DNA of 64,000 nucleotides, from contig CAWIIP010000001.1 in assembly GCA_963836235.1 (NCBI GenBank), positions 448,001-512,000 on the forward strand, written 5' to 3'. Within the stretch, counting starts at the first letter, position 1, and each line of letters begins with the position of its first letter. Shown here piece after piece: positions 30,739-40,370 of the stretch. Under the pieces are notes generated by a model that searched no databases, was not told the DNA's origin, and was given only the letters and a program-made list of their open reading frames with translations. The DNA is from an uncultured Pseudomonadota bacterium (GTDB taxonomy: Bacteria; Oederibacteriota; Muellerivitia; Muellerivitales; Muellerivitaceae). The translations under genes were made by a program, and so were the position numbers.

Positions 30739-32126
30739 TCCGATTGATTGCTTCCTTCATTTCCATCGGTTAACAAACCGTATTTTTTCAGCTTATATAT
30801 AAGGGCAGTACGGTTGATGTCTAAAAGCTTCGCCGCTTTTGTTTGGACATGATCAGCTTTTTCCATAGCTTTTAGAATGAGTTCCTTCTCATAATTCTCA
30901 ACTTTTTCAGTGAGACTTGCGTCTTCTTTTAGATAATGCAGGTACTCATCTTTTTGAAATGTTTGAATATCGAGAGGTAGATTGGAAGGATATATCGTAT
31001 CCGTATCTGATAAAACAACCGCTCTTTGAATAGCATTTTCGAGTTCCCGGACATTTCCGGGCCAATTGTAACGAGTCATTAGTTCCAAAGCTTTTTTTTC
31101 GATTTTAGTTATTTTTTTATTTGCTTCCAGGCTATACCTATTTAAGAAATGAAAACTCATTCGCTCCATGTCCTCTTTGCGATCTCGAAGGGGGGGGACG
31201 TTGATGGGGACGACATTGAGCCGAAAAAAAAGATCCTCCCGGAATTGTCCCTTTTTAATGGCCTCTTCTAGATTTTTATTTGTGGCGGCTATTACTCGCA
31301 CATCGGCTTTGATACATTCGGTGCCACCAACCCGTTCAAATTCTTTTTCCTGCAGAACACGCAAAAGTTTTACCTGTGTGGAAAGGCTTATATCACCTAT
31401 TTCGTCCAAAAAAATGGATCCACCATTCGCAAGCTCAAAACGGCCGATTCTCTTCCCAGCAGCTCCGGTAAACGAACCTTTTTCATGTCCAAACAATTCG
31501 CTTTCCAAAACCCCTTCGGCCAAAACAGCACAATTTACTTTAATAAAGGGTTTATCCTTCCGCCGACTGTTGAAATGAATGGCATGGGCAACTAATTCCT
31601 TCCCCGTGCCTGACTCACCGCGGACAAGGACAGCGGTATCAGTTGGCGATACTTTTTCGATCAATTCGTAGACCGGTTGCATGGCGGGGCTGTTTCCGAC
31701 AATCCGTTTGTAGTTATATTGATCGTTTAGTTTTTCACGGAGGTATTTATTTTCATAAAGCAATTTTTGGCGTTCAATTGCTTTTTCGACCGTCAATTTC
31801 ACTTGTTCCGTTGAGAATGGCTTCGTAATGTAATCATAAGCCCCTAATTTCATCGCTTCAACCGCCGTCTCAATGGTGCCGTAAGCCGTCATAATGATAA
31901 CCACAATTTCGGTATCAAGTTCCCTGATCATTTTAAGAAGGGTCATGCCGTCCAGTTTAGGCATTTTAATGTCCGTAATGACCAGATCCACGTGTTTCGA
32001 TTTTATCGTTTCCAAAGCTTTTTCCCCATCTTCCGCTTCTAAAACATTACGTTGGTCGCTCTCTAGGGTTTGCCGAAGGACTTTTCTCATACTGGATTTA
32101 TCATCTACCAATAATATTGTGCTCAT
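30735..32126 (-). CDS. Sigma54-dependent response regulator (NtrC family)
   Basis: REC domain (LVDD, DIKMP, TKP), AAA+ GESGTGKE, ESELFGHEKGSFTGA, FLDEIG, WPGNVRELEN, Fis-type HTH. Confidence 0.96.
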   Translation of the reverse strand: MSTILLVDDKSSMRKVLRQTLESDQRNVLEAEDGEKALETIKSKHVDLVITDIKMPKLDGMTLLKMIRELDTEIVVIIMTAYGTIETAVEAMKLGAYDYITKPFSTEQVKLTVEKAIERQKLLYENKYLREKLNDQYNYKRIVGNSPAMQPVYELIEKVSPTDTAVLVRGESGTGKELVAHAIHFNSRRKDKPFIKVNCAVLAEGVLESELFGHEKGSFTGAAGKRIGRFELANGGSIFLDEIGDISLSTQVKLLRVLQEKEFERVGGTECIKADVRVIAATNKNLEEAIKKGQFREDLFFRLNVVPINVPPLRDRKEDMERMSFHFLNRYSLEANKKITKIEKKALELMTRYNWPGNVRELENAIQRAVVLSDTDTIYPSNLPLDIQTFQKDEYLHYLKEDASLTEKVENYEKELILKAMEKADHVQTKAAKLLDINRTALIYKLKKYGLLTDGNEGSNQSE

Positions 32127-34000
32127 GAAACCGCCTCTCTCTTTATTTCGCTGATGGGTAAAATGATCAAAAACATCGCACCACCTTCTGAACGGCCAGC
32201 CGCTGACACACTGCCTCCCAAAGATTCAATAATTTTTCGAGTGATCGACAAGCCTAAACCAAATCCTTCTGTTTTGGTCGTGAAAAATGGATTAAATAAT
32301 TTTTTATAGTTTTCAGGCGCGATTCCGAAACCTTGGTCCAAAACCCAAACTCCGGCCCAATATCCCTCGGTTTCCGCCGGCACTAAATCTGTAAATCCTT
32401 TTTCGAACAAAAAATCAATCAGTTCGACGCGAGTAAACCCCTCTATTCCAATTTGTATTTCTTTTTCTCGGGGCGAAGCCTGGATAGCGTTTAAAGCTAA
32501 ATTTAAAATAGCTCTTCGAAATTGTTCAACGTCAAGTCTCAAAAACAATTCCTTCTTTTTTTTGAAAACCACTCTAATCTGCTTTGCTTCCGCTTCTTTT
32601 TCAATCAGTGGAAGAACGCCTTGAACAGCCTCGGACAATTGGGTTTCCTGGGAATCCAAGGAAGTTGGCTTAGCAAAAACCAAGAAATTGGTTACGATTT
32701 TATTCAAAATTTCAATTTCCGAAGCAATATCAGCAACCATCTCTTGGGCATCGGGTAATTGAACAAGTTTTTTTTGAAGAATCTCCGCAAAACCCTTCAT
32801 TGCACCAAGAGGATTTCGGATTTCATGCGCAATTCCAGCCGCCAATTCACCAATCGTTGCCATTTTTTCGGTAGTTTTGATCTGTGTTTGAAGTCGCCGC
32901 AATTGAGTTTCATCCGTAAAAATCATTTCGGTTCCCAACTCCTGGGAATCCGGACCTAACAGAGGCGCACTTCGAAGTCGGATGAATTTCGGGTTTTCTT
33001 CCGATAGATTAATTTCCTGATTTTCAAGACATTCGTGGGTCAAATGAGCGGTTTTAACGGCATTTAAAAAGTTTGGGAACTTGGAAAAAACCTCTTGAAA
33101 ATCTCGGCCCATAGCTATTTCCTTCGGGATTTCAAGGATTTGGGAAGCGGCCTGATTGAAGGTAGTAACCGTTCCGTTTAAGTCCAATACCAACAATCCA
33201 TTCGACATGCTTTCTAAAATATACTCGTTATGGCTTTGAAGTCGTTTTGTCATTTCATTGAAGGCATAGGCCAATGCCCCCAGTTCATTCGTGGAAGTTA
33301 CCGGAATTCGGAGGCTAAAATCGCCTTCCGCAATTTTTTGAGAAGCCCGAGCCATAGCCTCAATGGGTGAAATAAAACGCCTTCCGAATGCAAAAAGAAG
33401 ACCACCCATAAGCATTAGGCAGACAAGCCCGAAAGTGAACAATACTTTCGCAAATTGATCAAGCCCGTCAATGAATTTGGCACTTGCTTCGACTCCAAGG
33501 ACGGCGATGATTTTTTTATTTTTGTAAACCGGCGCGTACCCGATTTTGTATATGCCGCCGTCGCTTTCCGGAAACAGAATGGACGCAGATGGAACACCGT
33601 TTTTGGCTTGGGAAAAGGGTTCAGGATCTAAATCACGAAGCCAATTATTCTCATGAAAGTCATATTGTTCATTAGCGTCAACGAGAACCTGGCCGGATAA
33701 ATCCAGTATAAAAATATTTTTGGCCTGACTTTCTATTTTTTTTTCAGCTAAAAAATTACGAAATTTTTCATAAAGCTCCCCCTTTCCGTCAAGAAAAGGA
33801 AGCCATTCCGCCCGGGTTTGGCCTGAGGATAACCTAGCAATAGCTAAGAGACGGTCCCCCATTTCCCCATCAAAAGTTTTTTTGGATACGTAATAAGCGA
33901 ATCCTCCGTAGACAAAAAGAATGATGATTCCAACGAAGAGGGTACGGCTTACTAATTCGGCAAGGACGCTTCCATGAAAATATGGGGATGTTTTCTTCAT
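32123..34000 (-). CDS. Membrane sensor histidine kinase (Cache-like / HAMP / PAS / HisKA / HATPase)
   Basis: 2 TM segments, HAMP (NELGALAYAFNEM), PAS, H-box AHEIRNPL, N-box NLALNAIQA, DQGFGI, FFTTK..GFGLGL; ATG at 34000 preferred. Confidence 0.95.
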   Translation of the reverse strand: MKKTSPYFHGSVLAELVSRTLFVGIIILFVYGGFAYYVSKKTFDGEMGDRLLAIARLSSGQTRAEWLPFLDGKGELYEKFRNFLAEKKIESQAKNIFILDLSGQVLVDANEQYDFHENNWLRDLDPEPFSQAKNGVPSASILFPESDGGIYKIGYAPVYKNKKIIAVLGVEASAKFIDGLDQFAKVLFTFGLVCLMLMGGLLFAFGRRFISPIEAMARASQKIAEGDFSLRIPVTSTNELGALAYAFNEMTKRLQSHNEYILESMSNGLLVLDLNGTVTTFNQAASQILEIPKEIAMGRDFQEVFSKFPNFLNAVKTAHLTHECLENQEINLSEENPKFIRLRSAPLLGPDSQELGTEMIFTDETQLRRLQTQIKTTEKMATIGELAAGIAHEIRNPLGAMKGFAEILQKKLVQLPDAQEMVADIASEIEILNKIVTNFLVFAKPTSLDSQETQLSEAVQGVLPLIEKEAEAKQIRVVFKKKKELFLRLDVEQFRRAILNLALNAIQASPREKEIQIGIEGFTRVELIDFLFEKGFTDLVPAETEGYWAGVWVLDQGFGIAPENYKKLFNPFFTTKTEGFGLGLSITRKIIESLGGSVSAAGRSEGGAMFLIILPISEIKREAVS

Positions 34001-34256
34001 TGAATTTCCACAATGGCCTCTTGGCAAAAACTTTTAAACCATCTCGCCGTTGGTTTCCACATTCCTGGAGTTCTTGGAAAAGTCGTAGTTTGGTCAGGAA
34101 ATACGGGGAATCTCTTGTAAATGTGGAGTTATGAATTCCTACAAAGTGACTGAGACTCATAATCTGTCACTTAATTGACGATGTGGTTAAATTATAACAC
34201 CAAGGATGGTATTTGTGAAATTTTTGACGATAATTCCCGAGGTAAATTACTCAAGT

Positions 34257-36065
34257 TTATGCGTGAAAAGCCTTGAATAATTCATGGGCCAATTTCCTCG
34301 AAAAGCCAGGGACCGTCTCTAACTCCTCTAACGGAGCCTTTTCAATCTCTTTTACTGAATCAAAACGATTTAAAAGGGACCTCAAACGGCTGGGGCCGAT
34401 TCCTTTAACCTTTTGCAACAAGGAAGTCACTGCCTGACGGTCACGGATAATCCGGTGGTATCCCACGGCAAAGCGGTGAGATTCATCTCGAATTCGCTGG
34501 AGCAAATGCCTGGCTTTTAAATGTCCCGTGAAGTCAATGGGGTTGCTTTGTCCCGGCACAAAGACCTCCTCTTCCCTTTTGGCCAAAGAAGCGAGGCCAT
34601 AAATTTCCTTTAGTTCATCTTCTAAAACCAATTGAACCGCGCTTAACTGTCCTTTTCCGCCGTCGATTAAAAACAGGTCGGGTATAGGATTCCCTTCCCT
34701 TTCCAACAGGCGTAGGTAACGACGCATCATTTCCTGGTGGGAACGATAATCGTCCTGCCCTTCGATTTCTTTGATTTTGAACTTTCGATACCGGCTTTTT
34801 TCAGGCACTCCGTCTCTAAAAAAAATAGCCGAACCTACGTTGAAGGCGCCTTGAAGGGTTGAAATGTCAAAACAGGCAATATTCTGTGGAATACTTTTTA
34901 GATTCAGCAGGTTTTGGATTTCCTTTAATAATGATGTTTGAGCGACATCTTCTTTTAAAGCCATTAATACGTTTTTTTCGGCCATATTCATTAAATTAAG
35001 ACGCCATTCGTCGCGTGCGTTATTAACCTGAACTTGATTTCCCCTTTGTTGTGATAACAGGATTTCAACGCCGGATTCCAACGTCAATTCGGTGGAAATT
35101 AATATCTCTTCAGGGATAAAAACACCTTTGACGTAATACTGGGGGAAAAAAGCGGCCGCCACTTCCTCAAGGCCTAATTCCATTTCGTTGTCCAAAGTGA
35201 GTTTGATGTGATCAATCACTTTCCCTTGCCGAACCTGGAGGACGGAAACCAACACTTTCGCCAGTCCTTGGACAAAGGCAAAAACATCCAAATCTTTTTT
35301 TATCGGAATAATAACAGTGTATCCGGTTTGCATTTGTTGGATTGTTCCCAAAAGATCCCGGAATTTGGCCGCTTCCTCATATTCTTGGTGTTCCGCCGCT
35401 TTTAACATTTCTTTTTGAACATGGTCCATCAAGTCATCATGCTTACCTTCCAAAAACCACTGGAGCTTATCCACCAATTCACCGTAGGCTTTTTTTTCAA
35501 TAATCCCGATGCAGGGCGCGGGACATTGTTTGATCTGGTAACTCAAGCAGGCCCGGTCGGCTTTTCCGTCAATTTCAATGTTGCAATCCCTGATGTTGAA
35601 ATACCGGTAGATCATTTTGATAATCTCCCTGAGTTTCAAATTCGGGTAGGGGCCATAATATTTGGCGCCATCCGCCGAGGGTCGGCGGGAAATTAAAATC
35701 CGTGGAAATTCTTCTTGAGTCGTCAGCTTTAAATAGGGATAGCTTTTATCGTCCCGCAAAACCACGTTATACCGCGGACGATGGCGCTTGATGAGATTGC
35801 TTTCCAGAAGAAGGGCCTGTTTTTCATCCTCCGTCATGACATATTCGAGGTGAAACGCCTGCTCCACTAGGGAGCGGACTTTTGGACTGGACTGGGAGGC
35901 CAGGTTAAAATAGGAAGATGTTCTTTTTTTTAGAGAGACCGCTTTCCCCACATATAGGACGATGTTGGCGGCGTTCTTGAACAAATAGACACCAGGCGCG
36001 TCTGGAAAACCCGCTGCAGTCTTTTTCAACTCTTCCATTTTTCCGAGCGAATTGTTGTCAATCAC
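34257..36065 (-). CDS. uvrC: Excinuclease ABC subunit C
   Basis: GIY-YIG (PGVY..LYVGKA), PRYNVVLRDDKSYPY, Cys-rich region, FDIS, IDGGKGQ, RDESHRFA, HhH. Confidence 0.97.
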   Translation of the reverse strand: MIDNNSLGKMEELKKTAAGFPDAPGVYLFKNAANIVLYVGKAVSLKKRTSSYFNLASQSSPKVRSLVEQAFHLEYVMTEDEKQALLLESNLIKRHRPRYNVVLRDDKSYPYLKLTTQEEFPRILISRRPSADGAKYYGPYPNLKLREIIKMIYRYFNIRDCNIEIDGKADRACLSYQIKQCPAPCIGIIEKKAYGELVDKLQWFLEGKHDDLMDHVQKEMLKAAEHQEYEEAAKFRDLLGTIQQMQTGYTVIIPIKKDLDVFAFVQGLAKVLVSVLQVRQGKVIDHIKLTLDNEMELGLEEVAAAFFPQYYVKGVFIPEEILISTELTLESGVEILLSQQRGNQVQVNNARDEWRLNLMNMAEKNVLMALKEDVAQTSLLKEIQNLLNLKSIPQNIACFDISTLQGAFNVGSAIFFRDGVPEKSRYRKFKIKEIEGQDDYRSHQEMMRRYLRLLEREGNPIPDLFLIDGGKGQLSAVQLVLEDELKEIYGLASLAKREEEVFVPGQSNPIDFTGHLKARHLLQRIRDESHRFAVGYHRIIRDRQAVTSLLQKVKGIGPSRLRSLLNRFDSVKEIEKAPLEELETVPGFSRKLAHELFKAFHA

Positions 36066-36213
36066 GTTTCAACCCCTAAACGGATTAAAAATAAAATAAT
36101 ATTTTATCGTCAAGTTCACCAAAGCCCGAGAAGGATGGAACGCAAAGAGGTTTTCAATTCCATAAACCCGACTTTATTTTTTTTGTGAACGTTGTGCCTT
36201 TAGTGGTTCAAAT

Positions 36214-38202
36214 TTAGTTTGGGCTTTTAATACGTTCCCGCAGCTTTCGAACCTCATCCCGCAACTCAGCGGCCTTTTCATATTCATATTTTTGCGCGAG
36301 TTCAACCATTTCTCTTTCCAGGGCCACTATTTTTCTTGGAACGGCTTCCGGCGTCAAATAAGTACCCGCTTCTTCCTCCGCGATGGGAACTGTATAGTAA
36401 TCCGCTTCATAAACAGTACCGAGGATTTCCCTTATTTCTTTTTTAATTGTCGATGGCGTGATTCCATGTTTTTGATTGTATGTATTTTGTACAGTTCGTC
36501 TGCGTTTAGTCTCCGAAATGGTTTTTCTCATGGACTCGGTTTCCTTATCGGCGTAAAAAATGACTTTTCCCTCAACGTTGCGGGCGGCACGGCCGGCAGT
36601 CTGCATCAAAGAGACTTCCGAGCGCAAAAAACCTTCCTTATCGGCATCCATGATGGCGACCAAACTGACTTCGGGCAGATCCAATCCCTCCCTAAGCAGG
36701 TTGACCCCTACCAAAACATCATAAACACCCAGCCGGAGGTCCCGAATGATACGGATACGGTCTAACGTTTCGACATCTGAATGGAGATAGGCCACTTTAA
36801 CGTTGATTTGTTTCAAATAATTAGTCAAATCCTCCGACATCTTTTTCGTCAAAGTGGTGACTAAAACCCGCTGTTGTTTTTTGACTTTTTCCCGTATTTC
36901 GCCGATGAGATCGTCCACCTGGGAAAGGGCGGGTCTGACCTCGATTTCCGGATCCATCAAACCAGTCGGGCGGATAATTTGTTCGATAATTTCGCCTTTC
37001 GAGAACTTCAGTTCCTCTTTGGCAGGTGTTGCCGAAACATAAACGACTTGGTTTATTTTTTTTTGAAACTCCTCAAACTTCAAGGGACGGTTATCAAAGG
37101 CGCACTTTAATCGGAAACCAAAGTCCACTAGGTTTTTTTTGCGGGCGAAATCCCCATTGAACATTCCATGGAGCTGGGGCAGTGTCACATGTGACTCATC
37201 GATAAAAGTGATAAAATCCTTCGGGAAATAGTCCAAAAGGGTATAGGGTGGCTCCCCAGGCTTGCGTCCCTCAAAATGCCTGCTGTAATTCTCAATCCCT
37301 TGGCAATAGCCCATTTCCTCAATCATTTCCAGGTCAAACATCGTGCGTTGTTCCAACCTTTGGGCTTCCACCAACTTTTCCCCTTTTTTCAGTTCTTGAA
37401 GCCTTTCTCGAAGTTCATCACGGATGTCCCCCAAGGACCTTTTGATCACCGATTCGGGCATAACGTAGTGTTTAGCCGGATAGATAGGAAATACCTTTCT
37501 CCGGTTGAGTGCTGTTCCGGTTACGGGATCAATTTCTGATATTTTTTCCACTTCATCCCCGAAAAACTCGATTCGGAAGGGATTCTCCTCATAAGCCGGA
37601 TAAACCTCGACCACATCCCCCTTCACCCGGAACTTGCCACGGCTGAAATCAATGTCATTTCGGGTATATTGAATCTCAACCAGTTCTTTCAATAACTTTT
37701 CCCGTGGGGTCTCCTGCCCTTCCCGGACCACCAGATGCATGGCCTTGTAGTTTTCCGGTGACCCTAACCCATAAATGCAGGAAACTGACGCCACGATAAT
37801 AACGTCGCGCCTTTCCTGTAGAAGGGCCGTTGCCTCAAGCCGAAGCCGGTCTAATTCCATGTTGATCGAAGCGTCCTTCTCGATGAAGGTATCGGTATGC
37901 GGTATATAAGCTTCCGGCTGGTAATAGTCGTAATAACTTACGAAATAGGCGACAGCGTTTTTGGGGAAAAATTCCTTGAACTCGCTGTACAGCTGGGCCG
38001 CCAGGGTTTTGTTGTGAGAAACAATGAGGGTAGGTCTCTGAAGCTTCTGAATAACATGGGCCATGGTGAAGGTCTTTCCCGAACCCGTCACACCCAAGAG
38101 GGTCTGGTGAGCGGTACCTTTTTCGATGTTCTTCGTGAGTTTCTGGATGGCTTGGGGCTGATCCCCGGTGGGTTTGAAGTCCGAAACGATTTGAAAGTCC
38201 AT
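36214..38202 (-). CDS. uvrB: Excinuclease ABC subunit B
   Basis: [39 protein letters not shown]-terminal UVR domain. Confidence 0.98.
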   Translation of the reverse strand: MDFQIVSDFKPTGDQPQAIQKLTKNIEKGTAHQTLLGVTGSGKTFTMAHVIQKLQRPTLIVSHNKTLAAQLYSEFKEFFPKNAVAYFVSYYDYYQPEAYIPHTDTFIEKDASINMELDRLRLEATALLQERRDVIIVASVSCIYGLGSPENYKAMHLVVREGQETPREKLLKELVEIQYTRNDIDFSRGKFRVKGDVVEVYPAYEENPFRIEFFGDEVEKISEIDPVTGTALNRRKVFPIYPAKHYVMPESVIKRSLGDIRDELRERLQELKKGEKLVEAQRLEQRTMFDLEMIEEMGYCQGIENYSRHFEGRKPGEPPYTLLDYFPKDFITFIDESHVTLPQLHGMFNGDFARKKNLVDFGFRLKCAFDNRPLKFEEFQKKINQVVYVSATPAKEELKFSKGEIIEQIIRPTGLMDPEIEVRPALSQVDDLIGEIREKVKKQQRVLVTTLTKKMSEDLTNYLKQINVKVAYLHSDVETLDRIRIIRDLRLGVYDVLVGVNLLREGLDLPEVSLVAIMDADKEGFLRSEVSLMQTAGRAARNVEGKVIFYADKETESMRKTISETKRRRTVQNTYNQKHGITPSTIKKEIREILGTVYEADYYTVPIAEEEAGTYLTPEAVPRKIVALEREMVELAQKYEYEKAAELRDEVRKLRERIKSPN

Positions 38203-38281
38203 GGTTGGATTGTGGGATACCTGAAGAATTAATTCAAGGGATGAAGTGCTGGCTTGAAGTCAAAAGTTCCTGAAAACAAAA

Positions 38282-38305
38282 AAGCCCGCCTTGAGGAGCG
38301 GGCTT
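38282..38305 (-). terminator. Intrinsic terminator of the lipoprotein gene
   Basis: AAGCCCGC-N8-GCGGGCTT followed on the minus strand by TTTTGTTTT, 16 nt after the stop. Confidence 0.8.
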
Positions 38306-38321
38306 CCTTAAGCCATTAGAG

Positions 38322-39788
38322 TTAATAAACTTCAATGTTGCCAACGACAATATCCCCGGCGGTATAAGGCCCAGGATAGCCACTTTCATTAACGTCGACT
38401 CCAACAGCTGTTATATCCGTCCCATCTGACCCTGCAAAAGCTGGTGCAAAAGTCGCCGTATGCCAGGCTGTTTGAGGGAATCCAGGATAATAACAACTTC
38501 CGGTTGCAGAACATTGCCCAGGCCAACCATTGTAGTCACCGCCATATCTCGTTGCACCAGAACCAGCAGTCACATAAGGATAGGCTGTCCCTCCGGTGGT
38601 GCTCGCACTAACCCAGAATTGGATACTAACCGTGGATAATCCCAAGGAAGTCCAGTTCCAGTTTGCCGGAACTGAAGGCGAACCAGACGCGGTATTACAC
38701 TCGGCTTGAATATCATTCACCGTAGCCCCACCCGGGAAAGAGAAATCCAAAGCACAAGTACTTGTACCGGTCCATCCAGTTGCTAATCCCGTTATAGTCG
38801 TTACTGCCATGTAACTGGGAGGTGCGGCCGGTGAAACTTGCGCCCAATAATCCACAGCGCAATCGGTGAAAGCCCAAGTTACTCCATTCGAAGACGGTGT
38901 TGGGGTCGGTACCGTATTATTCAAAATTTGCACATCAGCAATTTCAATTGTCACGGATTCCGCCCCGCCAGGATTAGGAGAACCTCCATAGAGTAATTGC
39001 AAACCGACCTGCGATACACCCAATGTGTCAGCGGTAAGGGTATAAGTGATCTGTGTCCAGGTAGTGGCCAGGGTATTTTGCCAACCACCTGAAATACCAC
39101 CTCCGGTTCCATTCGCGATAATCTGTGCGTTTTGATTGCCTGTCCCCGCACCGCTTGAAACTTGGTACCAAAGAGAAATGGTACTTCCGACATTCAGTTT
39201 AACACCCGTTGACCAGACAACCGAGACGACCACGGAATCCGTTATGGAAGAAAAAACAACACCTTCCTTTATTGAATTTTGACCAGAGTACGTATCTGTT
39301 GTATCCCATACGGGAGTCGCATCAAATGTCGGGCTTCCACTTCCCGAGGCCTGCCAGCATTCATTGTCACTGGGAAAGGTGTAGTTCGCTTGGAAAGTTG
39401 GATTGCATGCGACTGTAGCCGTTGGAGTGCTCGTTATCGTCGGCGTGAGCGTAAGGGTCGGGGAGCTCGTAATCGTGGCTGTGGGTGTGATCGTCAGTGT
39501 GTTCGTAATAGTCGCAGTTGGGGTGTTGGTTCCCGTATTGGTAGGGGTGCTAGTGGGACCAATAGGCGTATTAGTGATGGTTGAAGTCGCTGTAGCCGTT
39601 TGGGTGTGAGTGGGGGTGATTGTTGGTGAAGAGGTGGGTGTTGAAGTAATAGCTGGCGTTGCGGTAATGGCTACGAAGGAGGGGCTGACAGGAACCGAGA
39701 TTTGCCTTGTACAACCAACGAAAAAACCTGTTCCGGTTAATCCTGTTAAAAGAACTCCCACCAGCAAAACACGCCATGAATTCATCAT
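38322..39788 (-). CDS. Thr/Pro-rich surface lipoprotein with two putative beta-sandwich domains
   Basis: Signal peptide ending FVG-C (lipobox-like), long (T-x)n stalk, two Trp/Cys-containing globular domains linked by PTPTP. Confidence 0.75.
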   Translation of the reverse strand: MMNSWRVLLVGVLLTGLTGTGFFVGCTRQISVPVSPSFVAITATPAITSTPTSSPTITPTHTQTATATSTITNTPIGPTSTPTNTGTNTPTATITNTLTITPTATITSSPTLTLTPTITSTPTATVACNPTFQANYTFPSDNECWQASGSGSPTFDATPVWDTTDTYSGQNSIKEGVVFSSITDSVVVSVVWSTGVKLNVGSTISLWYQVSSGAGTGNQNAQIIANGTGGGISGGWQNTLATTWTQITYTLTADTLGVSQVGLQLLYGGSPNPGGAESVTIEIADVQILNNTVPTPTPSSNGVTWAFTDCAVDYWAQVSPAAPPSYMAVTTITGLATGWTGTSTCALDFSFPGGATVNDIQAECNTASGSPSVPANWNWTSLGLSTVSIQFWVSASTTGGTAYPYVTAGSGATRYGGDYNGWPGQCSATGSCYYPGFPQTAWHTATFAPAFAGSDGTDITAVGVDVNESGYPGPYTAGDIVVGNIEVY

Positions 39789-39823
39789 CGCCCCCTAAAA
39801 ATTAAGTAAGTGTTCCGATAATC

Positions 39824-39839
39824 TGCAAATTGGGTGCCA
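39824..39839 (-). promoter_or_regulatory. Sigma54 (-24/-12) promoter
   Basis: Minus strand TGGCAC-CCAAT-TTGCA, exact consensus, 35 nt upstream of the lipoprotein start. Confidence 0.85.
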
Positions 39840-40015
39840 ATCAAAGCGACCTAAATTACCACTTAAAAATGTTGAAATCAATTTCTATTTGGGCCAAAAC
39901 TGCCATTTTAACGGGAAATCAGTTTGGATTTTGACATGATATAAAAATACCTAAGTTAAACCCTTTTAGTCAGAGCTTAACTTAGGTGAAAATAATTGGA
40001 ATGACATAGACCTTA

Positions 40016-40309
40016 ATGGACAACAACTACCTTGCCCGTCTTACTCCGGACGGTTTGTCCATCGTTGGCTTGAATGGAATAAATATAAAGTCCGCTCGCC
40101 ACGACTCCATTCGATGAGTTGCGGCCTTGCCAGGGTAAGGAGTTGTTTCCAACCTGTCCCTCAAGCGTCGTCTGGAAGATCTGCTCTCCCAATAAGGTAA
40201 TGTAACGCCCGAAACCATCACGAAAGACTTAATTAAAAACCTAGGAAGGACGGCCGATTATGAGGAACGAAAAGGCATGAGAAAATTATTTAACGACTTC
40301 ATCAAATAG
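40016..40309 (+). pseudogene. Possible decayed gene remnant
   Basis: One frame reads protein-like from ATG to TAG with three internal stops (40115, 40136, 40193). Confidence 0.25.
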
Positions 40310-40370
40310 GCCTAAAACTAATTAACCGTTTTGGGCACCTGTGGTTCTATCGGTGTTATTTAGTATTTGG

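Noticed and set aside
34022-34041. TGGCA / TGG...TTGC sequences upstream of the kinase as a sigma54 promoter
   Set aside because: The GG-to-GC spacing is not 10 nt on either strand.
26145-34250. Visibly AT-richer stretch beside the tRNA cluster as a genomic island
   Set aside because: It contains core genes (rph, rdgB); no integrase and no duplicated tRNA 3' end (att site) were seen. Composition was not computed.
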